DNA of 37,259 nucleotides from an uncultured Bacilli bacterium (GCA_934162555.1 CAKPJE010000001.1:1-37259), one strand, 5' to 3'; positions 19,497-28,986 are shown, counted from the stretch's first letter. Program-made: numbers and translations. Notes: generated from the letters alone by a model not told the origin.

Positions 19497-19802
19497 CTAT
19501 CCTAAGATAAAACTTTTTAATTCTTCTTTTTCCATATAACCAGTGTTTCTTTTCTTTAGCTCTCCATTTTTAAACACCATAATAGTGGGAATACTCATAA
19601 CATCAAATTCTCTCGGTAAACTCTCTAATTCATCAATATCAACCTTTATAAATTTAACATTATCCATTTCCTCAGAAACACTATCTAAAATTGGTCCAAG
19701 CATTCTACAAGGTCCACACCAACTAGCAAAAAAATCAACAACAACCTTCCCACTAGATACCTCTTCATTAAATTCTTCAACTGTTTTTACTATTTTTATC
19801 AT
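19497..19802 (-). CDS. trxA: Thioredoxin
   Basis: 101 aa with the WCGPC active site and the thioredoxin fold pattern (VDFFASWCGPCRMLGPIL...IPTIMVFKNGE). Confidence 0.92.
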   Translation of the reverse strand: MIKIVKTVEEFNEEVSSGKVVVDFFASWCGPCRMLGPILDSVSEEMDNVKFIKVDIDELESLPREFDVMSIPTIMVFKNGELKKRNTGYMEKEELKSFILG

Positions 19803-19805
19803 AAA

Positions 19806-20516
19806 TCACCTATAATCACTTAATATTTCCTCAATATCATTAATTTTTATTTTATTCCTTTCTACCAATTTATCAACCGATTTAACATCTATTACCTTAT
19901 ATTCTAATAATACTTTTAAAGCATCCTTATTAAATTCCTCTGAATTTGTAGAAGACTTATATTTATCCTTTAAATCAGTAAAATCATTTAAAACTTTAGT
20001 AACATCTTCTGTATAACTAGATAATACTGGTGTTTTATCAAGAATACTAACTGCAAACTTAGAATCTCTTATTGTCTTTATATTAAATATTGGTAGTGTA
20101 ACTACATAAAGTAAAACAAAAACAATCAAATAATACTCTAATGCTCCAACTAACAAACCAAGGATCTTAGAAGGAATACCTAGTATTATCGTAAATTCTA
20201 ATACCTTTTCAATTATCTTTGCAGCAAATAATATAATTCTTAATATTACCGTAAAAACTGCAAGTAAAATTAAAAACGCAAGTACTTCATATAAAAGTAT
20301 ATTAATTACCGTTACACCCTTTAAAATACCCCAAAAACTAAAAAATGGTAAATGTTCATACATCCATAAAGAAAGTGGATTTTTTAAAGTAAAAGCAAGT
20401 ATTACAACTAATAAAAAACCAACCAATGAAACAGTTTGTCTAATAACACCATTTTTAAAACCAACAACTGCTCCCATCAAAATAACTAAAAAAATAATTG
20501 CATCAATTATATTCAT
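19806..20516 (-). CDS. cvpA: CvpA-family membrane protein
   Basis: MNIIDAIIFLVILMGAVVGFKNGVIRQ... is the typical CvpA N-terminus. Four TM segments followed by a soluble C-terminal tail. Confidence 0.7.
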   Translation of the reverse strand: MNIIDAIIFLVILMGAVVGFKNGVIRQTVSLVGFLLVVILAFTLKNPLSLWMYEHLPFFSFWGILKGVTVINILLYEVLAFLILLAVFTVILRIILFAAKIIEKVLEFTIILGIPSKILGLLVGALEYYLIVFVLLYVVTLPIFNIKTIRDSKFAVSILDKTPVLSSYTEDVTKVLNDFTDLKDKYKSSTNSEEFNKDALKVLLEYKVIDVKSVDKLVERNKIKINDIEEILSDYR

Positions 20517-20608
20517 ATTAATATCATGCCCTTCTTTATTTATTATATTATATTTTTTAATAAAAATAAATGAATTTTTGCGAAAATTGTAAAATTATGT
20601 ATAAGAAA

Positions 20609-20628
20609 AAAAGTACAAATGTACTTTT
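20609..20628 (-). terminator. tsf terminator hairpin
   Basis: Minus strand AAAAGTAC-ATTT-GTACTTTT followed by TTTCTT; overlaps the tsf stop. Confidence 0.6.
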
Positions 20629-21496
20629 AACCCTTAATTTGTTTTGCTACTTCTTCAGCAAAGTTTTCTTCTCTTTTTTCCATTCCTTCGCCTACTTCAT
20701 AGCGTACCATTTCTTTAATAGTGCCACCATTGTTTTTAACATATGTTTTAACATTGATATCACCATCTAAAATGAATTCTTGTTCTTCTAAACAAATTTC
20801 TTTATAAAACTTTTGAAGTCTTCCTTGAACCATCTTTTCAGCAATTTCTGCAGGTTTTCCTTCATTCATTGCTTGTTCTTTTAATACTTCTGCTTCACGT
20901 GCTACTACATCTTCAGGAACATCAGATACTCTAACATATTGTGGTCTCATAGATGCTGCTTGCATTGAAACATGTTTTGCTACTTCTTCATTAGCGCCTT
21001 CAATAACTGTAAGAACAGCTATTCTGCCACCATGAATATAACTACCAAATGTTTCATTATCATTTTTTGTTAATTTAGCAAATCTTCTTAAAGATAATTT
21101 TTCACCAATCTTAGCAGTTTTATTAATTATTAAATCTTCAATTGTTTCACCATTAACAGATAGTTTTAAAACATCTTCTACACTCTTAGGATCATTATTC
21201 ATGATACTATTTAAAATATCTTCTACTAATCCAGTAAATTCTGCGTTTTTAGCAACAAAATCTGTTTCTGAATTTACTTCAACGATTACTGCATTATTAC
21301 CATTAATTAGTATATCAGCTCTTCCTTCAGCAGCAATACGATTTGCCTTTTTAGCAGCTTTTGATATTCCTTTTTCACGTAACCAATCAACTGCTTTTTC
21401 TTTATCGCCATCACATGCTTCTAAAGCTTTTTTACAGTCAAGCATTCCTGCTCCAGTTAGTTCACGCAATTCTTTTACTAAACTTGCACTTATCAT
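20627..21496 (-). CDS. tsf: Translation elongation factor Ts
   Basis: 289 aa. N-terminal UBA-like MISASLVKELRELTGAGMLDCKKALEACDGDKEKAVDWLREKG. Immediately downstream of rpsB, the conserved rpsB-tsf pair. Confidence 0.96.
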   Translation of the reverse strand: MISASLVKELRELTGAGMLDCKKALEACDGDKEKAVDWLREKGISKAAKKANRIAAEGRADILINGNNAVIVEVNSETDFVAKNAEFTGLVEDILNSIMNNDPKSVEDVLKLSVNGETIEDLIINKTAKIGEKLSLRRFAKLTKNDNETFGSYIHGGRIAVLTVIEGANEEVAKHVSMQAASMRPQYVRVSDVPEDVVAREAEVLKEQAMNEGKPAEIAEKMVQGRLQKFYKEICLEEQEFILDGDINVKTYVKNNGGTIKEMVRYEVGEGMEKREENFAEEVAKQIKG

Positions 21497-21507
21497 GAAT
21501 TTTCCTC

Positions 21508-22551
21508 CTATTTTAATGCATCGATTAATTCAGACTTCTTCATAGTTGAATAACCTTTGATTTCTTTTTCTTTTGCCATTTCACGAAGTTCACCAACTGT
21601 CTTTGAATCTAAATCATTGGCTTTTTCTTCTTTTACAGATTCTTCTTCTTTTACAGTTTTTTCTTCTTTTACAGTTTTTTCTTCCTTCTTTTCTTCTTTG
21701 GCTTTAGTTTCTTTTTCTTCCTTTTTTACTGGTTTAAAATTCTTTTTCTCGCGTTTAAATTTTCTATTTGCATTATTTAATTCTCTATCACTTCTAAGTG
21801 ATTCTTCCATTGCTTCTTTAGCATCTTTTTCTGCTTCTTCTTTTGAAGGAACAACAAATTCTACAACCTCAAGTCCTTGAGCTTCGCAGATAGCATTTGC
21901 AAAAATACTAACGATTAATTTTACTGCTCTGATTGCATCATCATTAGCAGGTATTACATAATCAACCATATCAGGATCACAATTTGTATCAACAATACCA
22001 AATACTGGGATATTTAATCTTCTTGCTTCATTTATTGCATTGAATTCTTTTGAAGGATCAACAATAAATATAGCATTTGGTAATTTGTTCATTTCTCTAA
22101 TACCACATAATAATTTATTTAACTTATCATATTCTTTTTTAAGTTTAATAACTTCTTTTTTAGGTAGTATTTCAAATGTACCATTCTTTTCCATTTCTTC
22201 AATTTGTTCTAAACGTTTTACTCTGTTTCTGATAGTTTTGAAGTTAGTTAAAGTACCTCCTAACCATCTTTCAGTTACATAGTAAGAATTAGATCTAATT
22301 GCTTCATCATGTACTGCTTCACTAGCTTGTTTTCTTGTTCCAACAAATAAAACTTTTCCGTCATTTGCAGCAATTGCTTTCATTGCTTCATATGCTTCCT
22401 CAATTTTTTTTGCTGTTTTTTGCAAATCGATAATATAAATACCATCACGAGAAGTAAAGATATATTCTTTCATTTTTGGATTCCATCTTTTTGTTTGATG
22501 TCCAAAATGAACTCCAGCTTCTAATAATAAATTAGTTGAAACTACTGACAT
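21508..22551 (-). CDS. rpsB: 30S ribosomal protein S2 with an unusual ~100-aa K/E-rich C-terminal extension ending in a Rho-N/SAP-like motif
   Basis: The ATG at 22551 sits behind AAAGGAGG (the track's upstream TTG extension is unlikely). [27 protein letters not shown] is the canonical S2 start. The S2 core ends around ...GLEVVEFVV. The protein then continues [12 protein letters not shown]...[59 protein letters not shown]. Confidence 0.95.
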   Translation of the reverse strand: MSVVSTNLLLEAGVHFGHQTKRWNPKMKEYIFTSRDGIYIIDLQKTAKKIEEAYEAMKAIAANDGKVLFVGTRKQASEAVHDEAIRSNSYYVTERWLGGTLTNFKTIRNRVKRLEQIEEMEKNGTFEILPKKEVIKLKKEYDKLNKLLCGIREMNKLPNAIFIVDPSKEFNAINEARRLNIPVFGIVDTNCDPDMVDYVIPANDDAIRAVKLIVSIFANAICEAQGLEVVEFVVPSKEEAEKDAKEAMEESLRSDRELNNANRKFKREKKNFKPVKKEEKETKAKEEKKEEKTVKEEKTVKEEESVKEEKANDLDSKTVGELREMAKEKEIKGYSTMKKSELIDALK

Positions 22552-23001
22552 ATTCTTTCCTCCTTTTGTTTTTCTTCCGACTATCTCATCTTTAAATACC
22601 ACCCATTTGGGCACTAGGCATTTAAATCAATAAATCGTGCTTATTTGAAAAAGCCATATAAATAATACCATAATTTAATTTAGTTGTAAAGAAGAAATAA
22701 AGAAAAAATCAGGTCAACATTAATTCTTATTTGAAATTTCGTTTTAGGTCAAAACTGAAATAAATTTAATAAATAGTATTTACAATAGTTCACAACGATT
22801 TTGTACAGCATTTTTGACATATGGTATTCAGTATTTCATCATTATTAACTTAAAATAAACGAATGATGAAATAAAGTAGAATATGAAATAATAAAATGCA
22901 GATGCATTTATTAATGATTTTATTTTTTTTGACAAGATTAGTACCTTTTTCATATGTTCTTTTGTATTCTTTCATTTATATCTCTATAATAAATCAAGTA
23001 A

Positions 23002-23088
23002 ATTCGGTAATTTGTAGCATTTTCATTCGGTAATTTGTAGCATTTTCATTCGGTAATTTGTAGCATTTCTATTCGGTGATTTATATAC
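23002..23088. repeat. Intergenic 23-bp tandem repeat, ~3.7 copies
   Basis: attcggtaatttgtagcattttc at 23002-23024 and 23025-23047; a variant (..tttct) at 23048-23070; a degenerate partial copy attcggtgatttatatac from 23071. Confidence 0.9.
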
Positions 23089-23091
23089 AAT

Positions 23092-23117
23092 CAAAAAACC
23101 ACTATTTACATAGTGAT
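23092..23117 (-). terminator. ileS terminator
   Basis: Minus strand ATCACTAT-GTAA-ATAGTGGT followed by TTTTTTGA, 10 nt after the ileS stop. Confidence 0.7.
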
Positions 23118-23126
23118 TTATATTTT

Positions 23127-26100
23127 TTATTTATCTTTACTAGTTTCTATTTCTAAGTATACATTATGACCATTTATATCATAACTATCAGACAAATTAT
23201 CTTTTTCAATTATATCTAATGATAAAGTTTCATTCATTATATAATCCTTATATTCTGTAATAGCATTCTTTATCTCATCATCAGAATTATAATATAAATT
23301 TATTCTCTCAACAATATCCAAATTTTGATTCTTTCTTTCCTGTTGAACCTTAGAAACTATCTCTCTAGCATAACCCTCATTTATCAAATCATTAGTTAAA
23401 GTTGTATTAAGTATAATATACTTATTATCTTCAGAAGAAACATCAAATCCTTCCTTAGAAATTACCTTTACCTCAACCAAATCTTTTGTTACCGTATATT
23501 CAGTTCCATTTAAGATAATTTTTTTATTATCAATATCATTTACACTAAAATTAGATAACATATTAGCAAATTCCTTAATATTTGGACCAAATATTGGACC
23601 TGCAACCTTAAAATTAGGTTTTATTACATAATTCATATAACTACTAGCATCATTAATAAATTTAACATTTTTAACATTTAGTTCTTCCTCAATTAAACCA
23701 ACCATATCACCAATTAAATTCTCATAAGATGCATCAATTAATACCTCACTTATAGGTTGTCTTACCTTTATTTTAGCATTCTCTCTTGCTTCTCTTCCAA
23801 GACCAACAAGTGTTCTTACTAAATCCATTCTCTCTTCAATATGATTATTTATTAACTCAAGATTACATTTTGGGAAATCTTCTAAATGAACAGATTTTTT
23901 ACCAGTTAAATTTCTAAATATTTCCTCACTTGTAAAAGGTGCGATTGGCGCAAGTAATTTGGTTAAACCAAGTAAAACTTCATATGTAGTTTTATATACA
24001 GCTTTCTTATCAAGATCAAATGTACTACTCCAAAATCTTCTTCTATTTCTTCTAATATACCAATTTGATAAATCTTCACTTACAAAATCAGTTAAAGCCC
24101 TTGTTACTTTATTTAAATCATATGCCTCATAACTATCAGTTACGTATTTTACTAATTTCTCATATTTAGATAATAGCCATTTATCTATTTCTGTTCTATC
24201 TTCATATTTTACATCAAAATCTCTTGGATCAATTTTATCAGCTTCCGCATAAATAGCAAAGAAATTATAAGTATTCTTTAAAGTATTAAAGAATTTTGAT
24301 ATTACCTCAACTATTCCTTTATAATCAAATTTTAAAGGAGTCCATGTAGGAGAAGCATAAGGTATATAAAATCTTACAGCATCAGCGCCATATTTTTCAA
24401 TAGTACTAAATGGTTCAACTATATTACCTTTTGATTTACTCATTTTAACACCATTAGCATCAAGTAATAATTCATTTACTAAAACATTTTTATATGGTGC
24501 TTTTCCCATAACAAATGTCGAAATTACTAATAAAACATAGAACCAACCTCTTGTTTGATCTATTCCCTCTGCTATAAAATCAGCTGGGAATTGTTCTTCA
24601 AATAATTCCAAATTTTCAAATGGATAATGATATTGTGCGAATGGCATTGAACCAGAATCAAACCAACAATCAATTACTTCAGGTGTTCTACTCATTGTCA
24701 TGCCACACTTAGGACATTTAATATGGATTTCATCAACAAATGGTCTATGAAGTTCAATCTTATCTAACTTTTCGATTGCTAATTCTTTTAATTCTTCTCT
24801 TGAACCAATCATATGTGTATGACCACAAGAACATTTCCATAAAGGAAGTGGTGTACCCCAATATCTTGTTCTTGATATTGCCCAATCATTCATATTTTCT
24901 AACCAATTGCCAAATCTCTTTTCACCAACAAACTTAGGATACCAATTTACTTTATTATTTTCTTCAATTATTTTATCCTTTAATGCAGTTACTTTTAAAT
25001 AATAACTTGGTTTAGCGTAATATAATAATGGTGTTGAACATCTCCAACAATGTGGATAATTATGAGTCATTTTAATCTTTTTAAATAATTTATCATTAGC
25101 TTTTAAATATTTAATTATTTCTATATCAGCATCAAATACTCTTAAATCTTTCCAAGGACCTTCTATATATTTACCATCTTCACCAACTGAACACATTACA
25201 GGTAGGTTATATTTTTTACCAACATTATAATCATCTTGTCCAAAAGCTGGAGCGATGTGAACAATACCTGTACCATCACTCATTGTTACATAATCATCAC
25301 ATGTAACAAAGAAAGCTTTTTTATCAGTTTCAACAAAAGGTAATAACTGTTCATACTCAATATATTCCAAATCAGTCCCCTTGTATTCCTCTAAAATTTT
25401 ATAATCTTCACCTAATACATTATTAGCAAGCTCTTTAGCAAGTATAAATTTATAACCCATACTTTCTACTTTTATATATGTTTCATTTGGATTTACGCAA
25501 AGTGCGACATTGTTCATAAGTGTCCAAGGAGTAGTTGTCCAAACTAGAAAATAAACATCTTCATCTTTTTTCTTAAATGGTACAATTACTGTATCAACTT
25601 GTATATCTTTATAACCTTGCGCAACTTCATGGCTAGCAAGTCCAGTACCACATCTAGGACAATATGGTAATATCTTATGACCCTCATAAAATAATCCTTC
25701 ATCAAAGAATTTTTTTAAGATCCACCATTCTGTTTCTATATAATCATTGTTATAAGTTACATAAGGATTTTTTGTATCAATAAATTGCCCCATCTTATCA
25801 GTTAAATCAGTAAATGCTTTTTCATTAGCTCTTACTGCTTCCCTACATTTTTCATTAAATTCTTTGATACCATATTTTTCAATATCTTTTTTACCACTAA
25901 ATCCAAGTTCTTTTTCGACTTGTAACTCTACTGGCAAACCATGAGTATCCCAGCCAACTTTTCTTACTACTCTATATCCTTGCATATTTTTATATTTACA
26001 GAATGTATCTTTTATAAATTTTCCAATCATATGATGCAAACCAGGAAAACCATTTGCAGTTGCTGGGCCATCATAAAATACAAAATTCTCACAATTTTCT

Positions 26101-26207
26101 CTTTCTTTCATACATTCATCTAAAATATTTATTTTTTGCCAGTATTCAAGTATTTCTTTTTCTTCATCTTTTACATCTTGTTTTTTTAATTCATTAAATT
26201 TTTTCAT
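23127..26207 (-). CDS. ileS: Isoleucyl-tRNA synthetase
   Basis: ATG at 26207 follows GGAGG (the track's TTG at 26219 lies inside the RBS). HIGH-type motif PATANGFPGLHHMIG, KMSKS (VKMSKSKGN), and Zn-type CPRCG / CWRC / CPKCG motifs. 1026 aa. Confidence 0.97.
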   Translation of the reverse strand: MKKFNELKKQDVKDEEKEILEYWQKINILDECMKERENCENFVFYDGPATANGFPGLHHMIGKFIKDTFCKYKNMQGYRVVRKVGWDTHGLPVELQVEKELGFSGKKDIEKYGIKEFNEKCREAVRANEKAFTDLTDKMGQFIDTKNPYVTYNNDYIETEWWILKKFFDEGLFYEGHKILPYCPRCGTGLASHEVAQGYKDIQVDTVIVPFKKKDEDVYFLVWTTTPWTLMNNVALCVNPNETYIKVESMGYKFILAKELANNVLGEDYKILEEYKGTDLEYIEYEQLLPFVETDKKAFFVTCDDYVTMSDGTGIVHIAPAFGQDDYNVGKKYNLPVMCSVGEDGKYIEGPWKDLRVFDADIEIIKYLKANDKLFKKIKMTHNYPHCWRCSTPLLYYAKPSYYLKVTALKDKIIEENNKVNWYPKFVGEKRFGNWLENMNDWAISRTRYWGTPLPLWKCSCGHTHMIGSREELKELAIEKLDKIELHRPFVDEIHIKCPKCGMTMSRTPEVIDCWFDSGSMPFAQYHYPFENLELFEEQFPADFIAEGIDQTRGWFYVLLVISTFVMGKAPYKNVLVNELLLDANGVKMSKSKGNIVEPFSTIEKYGADAVRFYIPYASPTWTPLKFDYKGIVEVISKFFNTLKNTYNFFAIYAEADKIDPRDFDVKYEDRTEIDKWLLSKYEKLVKYVTDSYEAYDLNKVTRALTDFVSEDLSNWYIRRNRRRFWSSTFDLDKKAVYKTTYEVLLGLTKLLAPIAPFTSEEIFRNLTGKKSVHLEDFPKCNLELINNHIEERMDLVRTLVGLGREARENAKIKVRQPISEVLIDASYENLIGDMVGLIEEELNVKNVKFINDASSYMNYVIKPNFKVAGPIFGPNIKEFANMLSNFSVNDIDNKKIILNGTEYTVTKDLVEVKVISKEGFDVSSEDNKYIILNTTLTNDLINEGYAREIVSKVQQERKNQNLDIVERINLYYNSDDEIKNAITEYKDYIMNETLSLDIIEKDNLSDSYDINGHNVYLEIETSKDK

Positions 26208-26400
26208 TTTTACCTCCAAAAAAAGGATAGTACAAGGAGTCTATAAGACGGTACCATCCTTTATTTATCTTAATTTTATAACGCATTTCACGGCTTAAAG
26301 CTCATCCAAAGTGATTCTTATTAGATTTAAACATTAATTTCCACCAATCATTAATTCTCTTTGCTTTAATTATCTAATAACGTCTTTTTCATCTGATTTA
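26208..26400 (-). promoter_or_regulatory. T-box riboswitch leader (Ile specifier) controlling ileS
   Basis: Minus strand shows AGAGA and GGTGGAA stem-I elements; a candidate specifier AUC followed by A (26315-26313, context AAGAAUCAC); and a T-box core AAAGGATGGTACCGTC (26247-26262). A terminator AGGATGGTAC...GTACTATCCT plus T7 (26218-26260) abuts the RBS. Confidence 0.85.
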
Positions 26401-26405
26401 ACAAT

Positions 26406-26434
26406 ATTATAGAAAGTTTTTGTTTTATTGTCAA
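26406..26434 (-). promoter_or_regulatory. Consensus sigma-A promoter for the ileS leader
   Basis: Minus strand reads TTGACA (26434-26429), exactly 17 nt, then TATAAT (26411-26406). Confidence 0.75.
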
Positions 26435-26441
26435 TAGCAAA

Positions 26442-26960
26442 TTATCTATTTGGTATTTGATTACCACTAGCAGTAATATTTAATATAATACCTTGGTTTA
26501 TAAAATTTATATCATCAGTACTTTCACCAAAATAAGGCCATACCCAATGTATTGTATAAGATTTTGTCATACTGGTTGCATCACAATTTAAAATACCACT
26601 CAAAGTATAATTTTTTAAATCAACATTTGTATCATCTAAATAAAATTCCATATTAGTAGGAACATTTGTTCCTGTAAAAACAACATTATAACCAACATCA
26701 ACATCACTACCAGTTGCAACAACATCAAAAGTAAAATTACCTTTATCACCAGGATTAATTTTACCAGCAACTGCTTGATCTGTTACTGTGTCATTTAAAT
26801 CAATACTAGTCAAAGTAGAACCTTTATATTTAATATCAAAAGCAAATTTTCCTGCATTAAATATAACCATACCTTCTATATCTTTACTATAATAAGCATA
26901 TGTACCAATATAGATAAATACTAAACCCAATAAAAAGAATAAACTTGATATTTTTTTCAT
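26442..26960 (-). CDS. Stand-alone TasA/camelysin-like secreted protein with SipW-type signal peptide
   Basis: 172 aa. MKKISSLFFLLGLVFIYIGTYAYYSKD (G-T-x-A-Y-Y, as in the TasA/CalY class). KINPGDKGNFTFDVVATGSDVDVGY...TNVPTNMEFY...TIHWVWPY aligns block for block with the first ~165 aa of the five LRR paralogs. Confidence 0.8.
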   Translation of the reverse strand: MKKISSLFFLLGLVFIYIGTYAYYSKDIEGMVIFNAGKFAFDIKYKGSTLTSIDLNDTVTDQAVAGKINPGDKGNFTFDVVATGSDVDVGYNVVFTGTNVPTNMEFYLDDTNVDLKNYTLSGILNCDATSMTKSYTIHWVWPYFGESTDDINFINQGIILNITASGNQIPNR

Positions 26961-26968
26961 AAAACCAC

Positions 26969-27931
26969 CTAATTAAATATTACATAACTATAATATAATA
27001 CAAACAGCATTATCATAGCAATACCTTCTATTCTTGATATATTCCTGTCTGTTTTAGAAAAGAAGTATAAAATAATTGTTGAAAGTACAAGTACGCCCAT
27101 ATCTATAAGTCCGAATCCATAAGCTGCTATATCTCCGAATATAAGAACTGGTAAACCAAGTACTACACATATATTAAATATATTGGTACCAACTATGTTT
27201 TCAATCGTAAAATCAAAATCACCTTTTTTAACTGTAATAATAGAAGTTACAAGTTCTGGTAAAGATGTTCCTATACCAATTATAACCATACCAATTATTT
27301 TATCTGATATACCAATTGTACGCGCTAGCAAACTAGATATATCAACAACTTGATTAGCATTTACAAGCAAAACAACTAAACTAATAATTCCATATACAAT
27401 AGTTAAAGGTTTTGAAAATTTAGGAACCGAACATTCTGTATCTTTTAATCTGTGTGTACTTATTACTTCCTTCAAATAATAAACAAATAACAAGAACAAT
27501 AAAATTAAAATAATTCCATCACTTCTAGAAATTGTATTTACATTTGCATAATCTGATAAATAGAGATCACAAAATAAAACAGCAAATGTCATAGTAATTA
27601 AAATTAACATAGGAATCTCTTTTTTAGTTGTTGTGCCTTTTATTCTAATTGGATGAACAGTTGCTGCTATTCCAAGTACTAACAAAACATTTACTATATT
27701 CGCACCTACTACATTTGAAAGAGTTAAAACACCATTACCGGATATTAAACTAGAAAAAGATATTGCAAGTTCAGGAGAACTTGTACCAAAGGCAACAACA
27801 GTTAAAGCAATTATAAAAGTTGGGACCTTCAAGTAGCTAGCAAGTGATGACATTGCATCAACAAATAGATCAGCACTTTTTACAACACCATAAAGGGCAG
27901 CTGCAAGTAAAATTATCAATAATATTACCAT
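26969..27931 (-). CDS. CaCA-family sodium/calcium (cation) antiporter, YrbG-like
   Basis: 320 aa, about 10 TM. Two alpha-repeat signatures: GTSSPELAIS...NVVGANIVNVLLVLG and GTSLPELVTS...NIVGTNIFNICVVLG. Confidence 0.8.
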   Translation of the reverse strand: MVILLIILLAAALYGVVKSADLFVDAMSSLASYLKVPTFIIALTVVAFGTSSPELAISFSSLISGNGVLTLSNVVGANIVNVLLVLGIAATVHPIRIKGTTTKKEIPMLILITMTFAVLFCDLYLSDYANVNTISRSDGIILILLFLLFVYYLKEVISTHRLKDTECSVPKFSKPLTIVYGIISLVVLLVNANQVVDISSLLARTIGISDKIIGMVIIGIGTSLPELVTSIITVKKGDFDFTIENIVGTNIFNICVVLGLPVLIFGDIAAYGFGLIDMGVLVLSTIILYFFSKTDRNISRIEGIAMIMLFVLYYSYVIFN

Positions 27932-27939
27932 AACTACTC

Positions 27940-28470
27940 CTATAATTCTATTCTCTCAATGTCGTTTACAACATCAAGTTGTGTTTCTAGTATATCTTTT
28001 AGTCTTCGTTTAAAAACATTAACATTTCTTCTAATTGTAGCAGCATCTCTTTCGGCTTTTTCAGCTTCAAGTAAAGCCTCATTTATAATTCTATTGGCAT
28101 TCTTCTTTGCTTCTTCGATTATTATTTCTCTTTCATTATAAGCAGATGCTTTCATTTGATCACATGTTTTTTGACTCATCAAAATAGCATTTTGCAATGT
28201 TTCTTCCATCTTTTCATAATGCTCTAGTTTTGTTTTTAATACAAGTAAATCTTCTCTAGAACCAATACTTTCATATTCTTTCAATTTTTTATTTGCATCA
28301 TCAATTTCATCACGATTAAAGTTACTAAGTTCTTTTTGTAGTTCCATAATTTTGAGTTCTTTATTATTATTTTCACTCATCATTTCTTCTACTTTTCTTA
28401 TAACTTGATCTAAAAACCTATTTACTTCTTCTATATTATAACCATTAGTAGCGTGACTAAATCCCTTCAT
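27940..28470 (-). CDS. divIVA: DivIVA-domain cell-division/septum-site protein
   Basis: F..ATNGYNIEEVNRFLDQV N-terminal DivIVA motif followed by coiled coil. Position between sepF and ileS matches Bacillus. Confidence 0.85.
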   Translation of the reverse strand: MKGFSHATNGYNIEEVNRFLDQVIRKVEEMMSENNNKELKIMELQKELSNFNRDEIDDANKKLKEYESIGSREDLLVLKTKLEHYEKMEETLQNAILMSQKTCDQMKASAYNEREIIIEEAKKNANRIINEALLEAEKAERDAATIRRNVNVFKRRLKDILETQLDVVNDIERIEL

Positions 28471-28482
28471 GCTTTTATCACC

Positions 28483-28878
28483 TTACCATTCAGCTTCTAT
28501 ACCATCTTTATCTTTTTCTTCAGTTATTTTTCCTTCAACATTCATATTTTTAGGTGTACACAAAAATATACCATTTCCTATTTTTTGCATATCGCCACCT
28601 ATTGCATATATAGTTCCACTCAAAAAGTCAACAATTCTTTTTCCTTGATCTGCTGTAACTCTTTGTAAATTAACAACTACACTATTTCTTGCTTTTAAAT
28701 AATCACTTATTTGGACAGATTCAGAATATGCACGAGGTTCAACTAGAATCATTTTAGTTTTTCCATCATTGCCTTCTAAAGCTTCCTCCTCAGTTACATT
28801 GTAATATTCATCAACAGAAGATGAACTTATATTATTATCTTCACTTGTTGAAAAAATTTTCTTTATATTAAGCCCCAT
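28483..28878 (-). CDS. sepF: Cell division protein SepF
   Basis: 131 aa. [67 protein letters not shown] is the SepF/YlmF core. Confidence 0.88.
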   Translation of the reverse strand: MGLNIKKIFSTSEDNNISSSSVDEYYNVTEEEALEGNDGKTKMILVEPRAYSESVQISDYLKARNSVVVNLQRVTADQGKRIVDFLSGTIYAIGGDMQKIGNGIFLCTPKNMNVEGKITEEKDKDGIEAEW

Positions 28879-28955
28879 ATGTATCCTCCTAATTTCTCTA
28901 TAATAATTTTAGCACATTTCTTTTTAAAATACAAACAATTTTTCACTAAATACGC

Positions 28956-28986
28956 CAAAAAGATGTTAATTGAATTTTAACATCTT
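28956..28986 (-). terminator. Terminator closing the bacteriocin-type operon
   Basis: Minus strand AAGATGTTAA-aattcaa-TTAACATCTT followed by TTTTGG: a 10-bp stem. A weaker hairpin GTAGA-ctaaaaa-TCTAC plus TTTT overlaps the 121-aa ORF stop at ~29078-29096. Confidence 0.65.

Noticed and set aside
22552-22614. N-terminal extensions proposed by the ORF track that start at TTG/GTG (rpsB 22614, ileS 26219, recD2 14912, spoIIGA 12385, ABC 32206, ylbD-like 35275, acidic protein 18763)
   Set aside because: In each case an internal ATG sits 5-9 nt downstream of a strong GGAGG/GGTGA-type RBS that the longer form would read through, and the shorter form matches the canonical family N-terminus.
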